Positions 8,221 through 15,698 of a stretch of DNA of 64,000 nucleotides are shown here, piece by piece. Within the stretch, counting starts at the first letter, position 1. Each line of letters starts with the position of its first letter. Source of the DNA: Gemmatimonadales bacterium (GTDB lineage: Bacteria > Gemmatimonadota > Gemmatimonadetes > Gemmatimonadales > GWC2-71-9); contig JBDIWC010000001.1 in assembly GCA_039794085.1 (NCBI GenBank), forward strand, positions 1 to 64,000, read 5' to 3'. The notes under the pieces were generated by a model that worked only from the letters and a program-made list of their open reading frames with translations, was not told the origin of the DNA and searched no databases. The position numbers and the translations under genes are program-made.

Positions 8221-10838
8221 CCGAGGCTCTCGACCCGAACGACCGCTCCCCCCGGCGTCTCTCACCGTGGATGGTCCTCGCAGCCCTCTATCTGCTCGTG
8301 CTCGGCGCTTCCCACGTGGCACGGCGGCTCGACCCGTGGGAGCCCCTACCCGCCCCGGATGAGCGCTCCATTTCCCTCCGGACCGTGTCGGGAGACCGGG
8401 AGCGGACCGGGAGCACCATCCGTTTCGTGTGGCGCGAGTCGGGAAACCCCGAGGGTCCGGTCGTCATCCTCCTCCACGGGAGTCCCGGCAGCAACAACGA
8501 GGTCAAGGATCTGGGTGCCTACCTGGAACCCCGCTACCGGGTGATCTCCCCCGACCTCCCGGGGTTCGGCGCCTCATCCCACCGCATTCCCGATTACTCC
8601 TTCCGGGCCCACGCCCGGTATCTGCTCCAGCTCCTCGACTCCCTGCGGATCCCCGACGCCCACTGGGTCGGCTTCAGCATGGGAGGAGGGGTCATCCTGA
8701 GTGCGGCGGATCTGGCCCCGGATCGCATCCGGTCGTTGGTCCTGCTCTCGGCCCTCGGTACCCAGGAGTTCGAGCTGCTGGGCGACTACTGGCTGAACCA
8801 CGCCATCCATGGGTTGCAGTTGGCCGGCCTCTGGCTCCTCCGCGAGGCGGTGCCGCACTTCGGAGCGTGGGATCCCTCCTTTCTCGGGGTGGCCTACGCC
8901 CGCAACTTCTACGACTCCGACCAGCGCCCCCTCCGCCGCATCCTGCAGGAGTACCAGGGCCCCGCCTTCATCATCCAGGGAAAGCGAGACGACCTGGTGC
9001 CGAAGGAGGCGGCCCTCGAGAGTCACCGGCTGTTGCCCCAGAGCGAACTGCTCATGCTCGAGGGCAATCACTTCATGACCTTCCAGCGTCCCGGGGATCT
9101 GGCTCCGCCTCTCCTCTCCTTCCTCGCGCGGGTCGATGGCGGCGTTGCACCCACCCGGGCCTCCGCCCCGGCGGAACGGGTCGCGGCAGCGAACGCCCCC
9201 TTCACCCGCGCGATGATTCCGCGGGCAACCGGTCTCGCCCTGAGCGTTCTTCTCCTGCTCCTGGCCGCCGCCACCCTGGTGAGCGAGGATCTGACCTGCA
9301 TTGGCGCCGGCCTCCTGGTGGCACGGGGCACCGTGGCCTTCCTTCCCGCCACGATCGCGTGCATCATCGGCATCGTCGTGGGAGACCTCCTCCTCTTCGC
9401 GGCGGGTCGCTTCCTCGGGCGGCCGGCCCTCCCCCATCCCCCGCTCTCCTGGATCGTGAAGCCGGCGGATGTGCGCCGCGCCTCCGAGTGGTTCGCCCGC
9501 CGGGGGCCCTGGCTCGTCCTCGCCACCCGCTTTCTTCCGGGTACCCGGCTCCCCACCTATGTGGCGGCAGGCATCCTGCGGACCCGAGCCCTGACCTTTG
9601 CCGGGGTCTTCCTCCTGGCGGCCGTTCTCTGGACCCCGGCGCTGGTCGGGCTCGCCGCCGTGTTCGGAAACCAGGTCGGTCACCTGCTCCAGACCTATCG
9701 CACGTTTGCAGGAGAGGCCCTCCTGATCCTCGGGGTGGTTCTCTTCGCCCTCCTCCGGATCGGCATCCCGCTCTGTTCGTTCCGGGGCCGGCGCCTGCTC
9801 CTCTCCCGCTGGTACCGGATCACCCGCTGGGAATTCTGGCCCCGCACTGTTCTCTACGCCCCCATCGCATTCTACATTCTCTGGCTGGCCCTGCGGCACC
9901 GCGGGTTGCTGCTCCTCACCGCCGTGAACCCCGGAATGCCGGGGGGCGGTTTCGTGGGAGAGCGGAAGCATGAGATCCTCCAGCGGCTGGCCGGAGCGGG
10001 AGACGCGGTTCCCCCCTGGTGCCTGTTGCCCCGGGACCCGGCGGCGGCACTCGACGCGATCCGCGCCTTTCAGGCCGAGCACCAGCTCGCATTCCCCCTG
10101 GTGCTCAAGCCGAACATTGGCGAACGGGGTGCCGGGGTCCAGATCATCCACTCCCCGGCCGAGGCCGAGGAGTATCTGAAGGAAGCCAACGGAGAGGTCC
10201 TGGCCCAGGCCTTCGTCGAGGGAATCGAGTTCGGCGTGTTCTGGTATCGCTACCCCCACGAGGCGGAGGGACGGATCTTCAGCATCACCGAGAAGCACTT
10301 CCCCGCCGTGACCGGCGATGGAACCCGCACCCTCGAGGCGCTGATTCTCAACGATCCCCGCGCGGTGATGATGGCTCCCACCTATCTGGCGCGCCACGCA
10401 GCACAACTGGATACAATCCCCGCCGCGGGAGCCGTCGTCCCCCTGGTCGAGATCGGGACCCATTCCCGGGGGGCCGTGTTCCGCGATGGTACCGCCCTGC
10501 GGACCCGGGAACTGGAGGCGGAGATCAATCGGCTGAGCCGCACCTTCGACGGTTTCTACTTCGGGCGCTTCGACCTTCGGGTCCCCTCGGTCGAGGATTT
10601 CCAGGCGGGACGGAACCTCCGGATCATCGAGCTCAACGGGGCCACCGCCGAGGCGACCAGCATCTACGATCCGGCCCATCGGGTCTGGACCGCCTGGAGG
10701 ACCCTCGCCACCCAGTGGCGCATCCTGTTCGAGATCGCTGCGGCCAACCGGGCGGCGGGAACGGCCCCGGCCACGGCCCGGGAGATGAGAGAGCTCTTCC
10801 GCGCCCATCGCGAGGCCCAACGGGGGCACGTCACTTGA
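8217..10838 (+). CDS. triple fusion: alpha/beta hydrolase + DedA/VTT membrane domain + ATP-grasp domain
   Basis: Hydrolase: HGSPG, DLPGFG, GFSMGG nucleophile elbow. DedA: SEDLTCIGAG, GDLLLF..GR, RFLPGTR. ATP-grasp: FPLVLKPNIGERGAGV, FGRFDLR, IIELNG. Confidence 0.85.
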   Translation: MTEALDPNDRSPRRLSPWMVLAALYLLVLGASHVARRLDPWEPLPAPDERSISLRTVSGDRERTGSTIRFVWRESGNPEGPVVILLHGSPGSNNEVKDLGAYLEPRYRVISPDLPGFGASSHRIPDYSFRAHARYLLQLLDSLRIPDAHWVGFSMGGGVILSAADLAPDRIRSLVLLSALGTQEFELLGDYWLNHAIHGLQLAGLWLLREAVPHFGAWDPSFLGVAYARNFYDSDQRPLRRILQEYQGPAFIIQGKRDDLVPKEAALESHRLLPQSELLMLEGNHFMTFQRPGDLAPPLLSFLARVDGGVAPTRASAPAERVAAANAPFTRAMIPRATGLALSVLLLLLAAATLVSEDLTCIGAGLLVARGTVAFLPATIACIIGIVVGDLLLFAAGRFLGRPALPHPPLSWIVKPADVRRASEWFARRGPWLVLATRFLPGTRLPTYVAAGILRTRALTFAGVFLLAAVLWTPALVGLAAVFGNQVGHLLQTYRTFAGEALLILGVVLFALLRIGIPLCSFRGRRLLLSRWYRITRWEFWPRTVLYAPIAFYILWLALRHRGLLLLTAVNPGMPGGGFVGERKHEILQRLAGAGDAVPPWCLLPRDPAAALDAIRAFQAEHQLAFPLVLKPNIGERGAGVQIIHSPAEAEEYLKEANGEVLAQAFVEGIEFGVFWYRYPHEAEGRIFSITEKHFPAVTGDGTRTLEALILNDPRAVMMAPTYLARHAAQLDTIPAAGAVVPLVEIGTHSRGAVFRDGTALRTRELEAEINRLSRTFDGFYFGRFDLRVPSVEDFQAGRNLRIIELNGATAEATSIYDPAHRVWTAWRTLATQWRILFEIAAANRAAGTAPATAREMRELFRAHREAQRGHVT

Positions 10839-10869
10839 AGTTCGAAGTGGGAAGTGGGAAGTTTGAAGG
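10835..10869 (+). repeat. heptamer array (NNGAAGT)x5 starting at the stop codon
   Basis: TTGAAGT TCGAAGT GGGAAGT GGGAAGT TTGAAGG. Confidence 0.85.
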
Positions 10870-11028
10870 AGGGGGCGTTCGCGAACGTCCGGTACGAGAC
10901 GGGGAGTCATCCCGAGTGAAGCGAGGGATCTGAGACCGCCGCCGGTGCACTTCCCGTCGTCCAGTGTGGGATCCATTGATCTGCAACGACCGAATCAACA
11001 CAGGACGCCAGGGTGGATGTGCAGGGGC

Positions 11029-11063
11029 CTTTCAGACTTCACACTTCCAACTTCGAACTTCCT
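11029..11063 (-). repeat. heptamer array (ACTTCNN), inverted relative to the arrays at 10835 and 12152
   Basis: CTTTCAG ACTTCAC ACTTCCA ACTTCGA ACTTCCT, immediately before ATG 11064. Confidence 0.8.
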
Positions 11064-12176
11064 ATGAGCTGGCACGATCTTGGCGCGGTCAACGAACTCG
11101 CCACCACTCCGCTCCGGAAGGTCCTGGTGGGCCGGACCCGGCTCGCCATCACCCACCACGCGGGTGAGTTCGGCGTCCTGTCCGGCGTCTGCAATCACGT
11201 CGGGGGCCCCCTCGGCGACGGACGCCTCGACGGGGAATACGTGGTGTGTCCCTGGCATCACTGGAAGTACCACTGCCGCACCGGACTGGGGGAACCGGGA
11301 TTCGAAGCCGACGCCGTCCCGAGCTACACGACCCGGATCGACGGTGGTCACCTCTGGGTCGATCTCGCCTCCGCCACTCCCCGGAGCAAGGCCCCGCACG
11401 CCCCACACCCCCTGGCCCGTCCGGTGGTTCGCGCCGACGGTCCGATCCGGGTGGCGGGCATCTCGACCACGGGGCTCGACCCGGCGTGGCCCCGGGTGTC
11501 GACCTCCGAGTTCCTCCTGGAGCACGCCCTGGCCCACGCTCAATCCGCCCTGGGGGTGGAGAGCTCGCTCCTCCGGCTCTCGGAATTGAAGTTCAGACAC
11601 TGTGAGGGATACTACTCCACCTCCGCGCGGGCCTGCACCTGGCCCTGTTCGATCACCCAGATGGACCCCAGCGACCAGATGGACCAGGTCTACGAGGCGG
11701 TGGTCCACTGGGCAGATGTGGTTCTCGTCGCCACCCCCATTCGCTGGGGAGCGCCGAGTTCCCTCTACTTCCGGATGGCCGAGCGGATGAACTGCATCCA
11801 GAACCAGATCACCCTGCGGGACAAGGTCCTGATCCAGCGCAAGGCGGCGGGGTTCATCATCACCGGGGGCCAGGACAACGTGCAGGGGGTGGCGGGTCAG
11901 ATGATGACCTTCTTCGGCGAACTCGGCTTTCACCTGCCCCAGTTTCCATTCATCGCGCATTCACGGGGATGGACGGCGGAGGACATGGAACGGAACGTGA
12001 CCCAGGTGCGGGAAAGCCGGGACCTGCGGCGGGGCGCCGAAGAGCTGGCGGAGCGGGCGGTGACCCTGGCGGCGACCCTTCTGGAGCATGGAGACGCCGA
12101 TCATGTGTGCCGCGGGGGACGGAAGGCGCAGCGGCTGGACACGGAAAGTTTGAGAAGTTCGAAGTTCGAAGTTTGA
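11064..12176 (+). CDS. Rieske [2Fe-2S] domain fused to an NAD(P)H-dependent FMN reductase / iron-sulfur flavoprotein-like domain
   Basis: CNHVGGPL...CPWH. Flavodoxin-like part with CEGYYS...ACTWPC, ADVVLVATPIRWG, GFIITGGQD. Confidence 0.85.
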   Translation: MSWHDLGAVNELATTPLRKVLVGRTRLAITHHAGEFGVLSGVCNHVGGPLGDGRLDGEYVVCPWHHWKYHCRTGLGEPGFEADAVPSYTTRIDGGHLWVDLASATPRSKAPHAPHPLARPVVRADGPIRVAGISTTGLDPAWPRVSTSEFLLEHALAHAQSALGVESSLLRLSELKFRHCEGYYSTSARACTWPCSITQMDPSDQMDQVYEAVVHWADVVLVATPIRWGAPSSLYFRMAERMNCIQNQITLRDKVLIQRKAAGFIITGGQDNVQGVAGQMMTFFGELGFHLPQFPFIAHSRGWTAEDMERNVTQVRESRDLRRGAEELAERAVTLAATLLEHGDADHVCRGGRKAQRLDTESLRSSKFEV

Positions 12177-12186
12177 AGTTCGAAGG
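12152..12186 (+). repeat. heptamer array (NNGAAGT) overlapping the stop codon of the Rieske-flavoprotein gene
   Basis: GAGAAGT TCGAAGT TCGAAGT TTGAAGT TCGAAGG. Confidence 0.85.
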
Positions 12187-12216
12187 AGATCTGGAAAGTC
12201 TTGAAAATTCAGACCT

Positions 12217-13590
12217 CTACGGCTTCCAAACGAGCTGCCCGTCGATGTCCTCCGGCATCGGCTCGCCCAGCCACTCCAGCATCGCGGGGAAGAGGTCCAC
12301 CGATCGCATCGTGGCCTCCGGCAGTGGCCGGTTGGCCCAGATCGGGATCTGCATGTGGGAGCGCAGGAAGCTCCCGTGTCCTGCCCGATGCTCCGGCACT
12401 TCGAACCGCCGCCGGAAGTCATGCCCCTCGGCCGCGGCCAGCACCACATCCCCGGTGCGCGGGGAGTCGAAGAGCGACAGCAGCTGGACCGCGGCATCGG
12501 GATAGGGACCGTCCCACGTGGTGGCGAGCCATTCCGCCACCGAGGCCTCCCGGGCCTCCCCCACCTGCAGCGGATCGCCGGTGAGGGGCTCATAGTGGAC
12601 GGTCCCGTTCCGGCGGAAGAGCCGCGCCTCCTCCCGTCCGTCATCTCCCCCCACGATTCGTAGCGCCCCGGGGGTGTCGTCGGGGCCCGCCAGGAAGGCC
12701 ACGCTCGGCTCCGCGGCGAGGGCCCCCACCAGATCGTCCGCATGTCCGAACATGGCGCGGATCCGCAGAGCCGACAGCGGAAACCTCCCGGGTCGCGTTT
12801 CATTGGGCCGGGCATAGAGCATGGCCGAGGCGTTCCCCGCCACCGTCACCGCCACGGCGGGGCTCCGTTCCCACAACACCGGATGGGCGAGGGCGCGAAC
12901 GCCGCGATCACGGAACCAGCAGGCCAGATCCATGTGGGTGTGCATCGGTGCCGCCCCATGATCGCTCACCAGGAGCACCAGGGTCTCCTCCAGCGTCCCG
13001 GACGCCGCCATGCGATCCACGACCGACCCGATCACGCGATCCACCCCGGCAAGGGCCGCCCGGACCCGCGGATGGTCCGGGCCGCACTGGTGAGTGTAGC
13101 CGTCCACCGCGGGAAACTGGGCAAAGAGGAACCGCCAGGGCCGGTCCACCAGATCCAGCAGGTGTCGGCCCACCACGTCATCGGAGGGCTGATGCCATTG
13201 GAGATAGTGCCCCATGGCGCCCCAGAACTTGCGGCTCCGCCGGGAGGGATCGCGCTCGGGGCTCAGCCCCCGCGCGATCGGCGTGAACAACCCGTAGCTC
13301 TCCGGCACCAGCTGGAAGAGGGTGCGTACCTCCGGCGTGATGTCCCCATCCAGGAGCCCGGCCTGCACCCCGCAGTAACTCCGCACCGCGTGCCGGTCCC
13401 GCCACCAGCGGCCGGCGTAGTGGGACCGGTCCATCCACCGGATCGACGGAATGTTGGCTCGGCCCGGGAGACACCCGGTCAGAAAGGGGAGATAGGCCAC
13501 GCTGGTGGTGGACGGGAACGCCGTGATTCCCCGCCGGCGCGTGTCGATAGAGGTGAGACGAGCCAGATGAGGCAGGTGCCCTTCGGTCAG
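12217..13590 (-). CDS. alkaline phosphatase superfamily protein (nucleotide pyrophosphatase/phosphodiesterase-like)
   Basis: LLVDGLRPD, FPSTT (Thr nucleophile), DGYTH, SDHG, GHGS. GTG start after AAGGA. Confidence 0.85.
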   Translation of the reverse strand: MTEGHLPHLARLTSIDTRRRGITAFPSTTSVAYLPFLTGCLPGRANIPSIRWMDRSHYAGRWWRDRHAVRSYCGVQAGLLDGDITPEVRTLFQLVPESYGLFTPIARGLSPERDPSRRSRKFWGAMGHYLQWHQPSDDVVGRHLLDLVDRPWRFLFAQFPAVDGYTHQCGPDHPRVRAALAGVDRVIGSVVDRMAASGTLEETLVLLVSDHGAAPMHTHMDLACWFRDRGVRALAHPVLWERSPAVAVTVAGNASAMLYARPNETRPGRFPLSALRIRAMFGHADDLVGALAAEPSVAFLAGPDDTPGALRIVGGDDGREEARLFRRNGTVHYEPLTGDPLQVGEAREASVAEWLATTWDGPYPDAAVQLLSLFDSPRTGDVVLAAAEGHDFRRRFEVPEHRAGHGSFLRSHMQIPIWANRPLPEATMRSVDLFPAMLEWLGEPMPEDIDGQLVWKP

Positions 13591-13740
13591 CCACTGCTCG
13601 GCGAGGTCGGGACGCAGTCCATCCACCAGAAGGAGCAAGACGCGACGCACGAATGTCCTTCGCCACGGAGTGAGGGGGGACAGGACCGGCAGTCGGGAAA
13701 GGTAAGCCACCCCGCGGACAAATCCCACCCGTCCCGGGCC

Positions 13741-14028
13741 GTGACCAGGTGTTGTCAGGACGCCCGCTCCCGCGGCAAGCCGGTGATCATCCCGGAGAGC
13801 GTCCCGATCCAGACCTTCGACATGCAGGATCCCCAGACCCGGAGCACCTGGTTTGCCCCCTACTTTTCCCTGATCAATGCCGACATAAAGGGGTTCTGCC
13901 ACTCGAACCGGAACTATACGACGATTCCCGTCTGGCAGGACTGGGGCGACCTCCGGATCGAGCAGTCGGTGCTGGCGCCGATGTGGGCGGCGGAGCTGGC
14001 CCGTCCGCAGTACCGGCATCTCCAGTGA
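13741..14028 (+). pseudogene. probable C-terminal remnant of a GH26-like glycoside hydrolase
   Basis: KPVIIPES, WFAPYFSLI, IKGF, WQDWGDLRI resemble the C-terminal barrel of GH26 enzymes. No N-terminal half is present. Confidence 0.45.
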
Positions 14029-14078
14029 GGATCCCCTGAGGCTGGTGCCGGTAGGCCGCGATCCGGCCGGGAGCGTTC

Positions 14079-14186
14079 AACCACGAACGAGCACGAAATG
14101 GACACACGGTGACTCTCGAAGGAGGCGTGCGTCGGTCGAGCCTGGGGTGGCCTCCACTTTCGTGTGTTTTCGTGTCTTTCGTGGTT
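14079..14186. repeat. imperfect inverted repeat with CACGAA / TTCGTG arms
   Basis: AACCACGAACGAGCACGAAA ... TTTCGTGTGTTTTCGTGTCTTTCGTGGTT. Confidence 0.7.
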
Positions 14187-14220
14187 CCCGTCCGCGCGGG
14201 TGGCCACCCCTGGAGGACAA

Positions 14221-15465
14221 TCAGGGCTCGAAGAGAACCAGTTCCTCCCGGGCCACATGTTCGAGGCAGGCGGAGTATGCGGCGAACTGTTCATCCGAGG
14301 TGCTGCCTGGAATCACCGCCCGCAGCTCCGGGTCATGGAAGAGTTGCAGCGCGGTCCGCTCGCCGGTGGCGAGGGCAAAGAAGCGGCGGGACCATCCGGG
14401 AAAGGTGAGCACCCGGTCGGGCACGGCCCAGTCGGGAATGGGGAGATCGCCCGAGGCGGGATCCTCATCGAGGTGGCGCCAGTCGAACCAGCGCATCCGC
14501 CGAGGCCGCATGTGGGCCAGAAGCGATCCATGCACTGGATACCGCAGCGGCCGCCGACCGGCCAGGGTGACGAAGCAGCGGTGCCGCGCCATGCGACCAT
14601 GGAGCAGCTCGGCCACCTCGGCGCGTTCGCTCTCGGGGAGACCCGCCACCAGGTCCCGCCCCTCCGGCGTGGTGAGATAATGTTCGGGCTGATAGGCCGC
14701 CGTGTCGGCGAAGCGTTCGAGACGGAGCCCGGCGTCGGCCAGCAGCTGGCGCAGCTCCGGCACCGTGAAGCTCCGCTCGTAGACGTGCATCAGCAGATCG
14801 GCGATCCCCGTGTCCCGGGCCCAGGTCACTTCCTCCCACTCCCCCGCCTGAAAGGGATGCCGGGGAGGGAGGGCGGCGATCAGCGTCCTCGCACGGGCCA
14901 CCCGCTCCGGCTCCCCGCGCCCCTCACCGAGCCGGTCCATCAATCGCCGGAGGAGGAGGACCGCGTGACGCCCGTAGGTGCCGTACACCATGAGCGACAT
15001 CCCCCCGGTGGGGGCGAGATGGCGAGCCAGGGCCCGAAGACCTTGCACCGGATCGGGGAGATGCTGGATTACCCCGCTCGACACGACGAGGTCGAAGGGC
15101 TCCCCCGGCTCCAGGTCCTCCAGCCGGGTTTCCCGCAGGTCCAGGTTCCCCTCGACCCCGGCGCCCCGCGCGCGCGCGGCGGCCTCAGCGAGTGCCGCCG
15201 CACTCACGTCGATGCCGGTGACGTGCACCTCGGGGAACTCCTGCGCCAGGCGCACCGCGATCTCCCCGGTGCCGCACCCCGCATCCAGGATGCGCAGTCC
15301 GGCCAGGCTCAGCCGGTCGGGCCACAGCACGGAGCGCGTGTAGTGCAGATCGGCCAGGAGTGGTTCCCGCGTCGCTTCCAGCGGAGGAAAGGGATGCCGG
15401 GTGTAGAACTCCCGGACGGCGTCGGGAATGGCGGTGGTGTCGGGGGGATCTGGTGTCGCGTGCAT
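14221..15465 (-). CDS. class I SAM-dependent methyltransferase
   Basis: ILDAGCGTG, GIDVS, FDLVVSSGVIQH, LMVYG..GR. ATG after AAGGA. Confidence 0.88.
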   Translation of the reverse strand: MHATPDPPDTTAIPDAVREFYTRHPFPPLEATREPLLADLHYTRSVLWPDRLSLAGLRILDAGCGTGEIAVRLAQEFPEVHVTGIDVSAAALAEAAARARGAGVEGNLDLRETRLEDLEPGEPFDLVVSSGVIQHLPDPVQGLRALARHLAPTGGMSLMVYGTYGRHAVLLLRRLMDRLGEGRGEPERVARARTLIAALPPRHPFQAGEWEEVTWARDTGIADLLMHVYERSFTVPELRQLLADAGLRLERFADTAAYQPEHYLTTPEGRDLVAGLPESERAEVAELLHGRMARHRCFVTLAGRRPLRYPVHGSLLAHMRPRRMRWFDWRHLDEDPASGDLPIPDWAVPDRVLTFPGWSRRFFALATGERTALQLFHDPELRAVIPGSTSDEQFAAYSACLEHVAREELVLFEP

Positions 15466-15698
15466 GAAGTCCTTTCGGCCGCCCACCGGCAGGCGGCCCC
15501 AATATAGGGAATCGGCGACCATTTGACGAGACGACCAGGCCCGTCGTTCCGCCCTCGTGTAGTGGGACGACGAACCGGAGGTTCCCCTGCACATCCGCGT
15601 CTCCCGTGAAACGGATCGCCCCGCTTGTGCGTACAGGAAGAACGCCAACACACGATCGGCCCCCTCTCCCTCACCCGGCACACCGAGGACCACATCCC

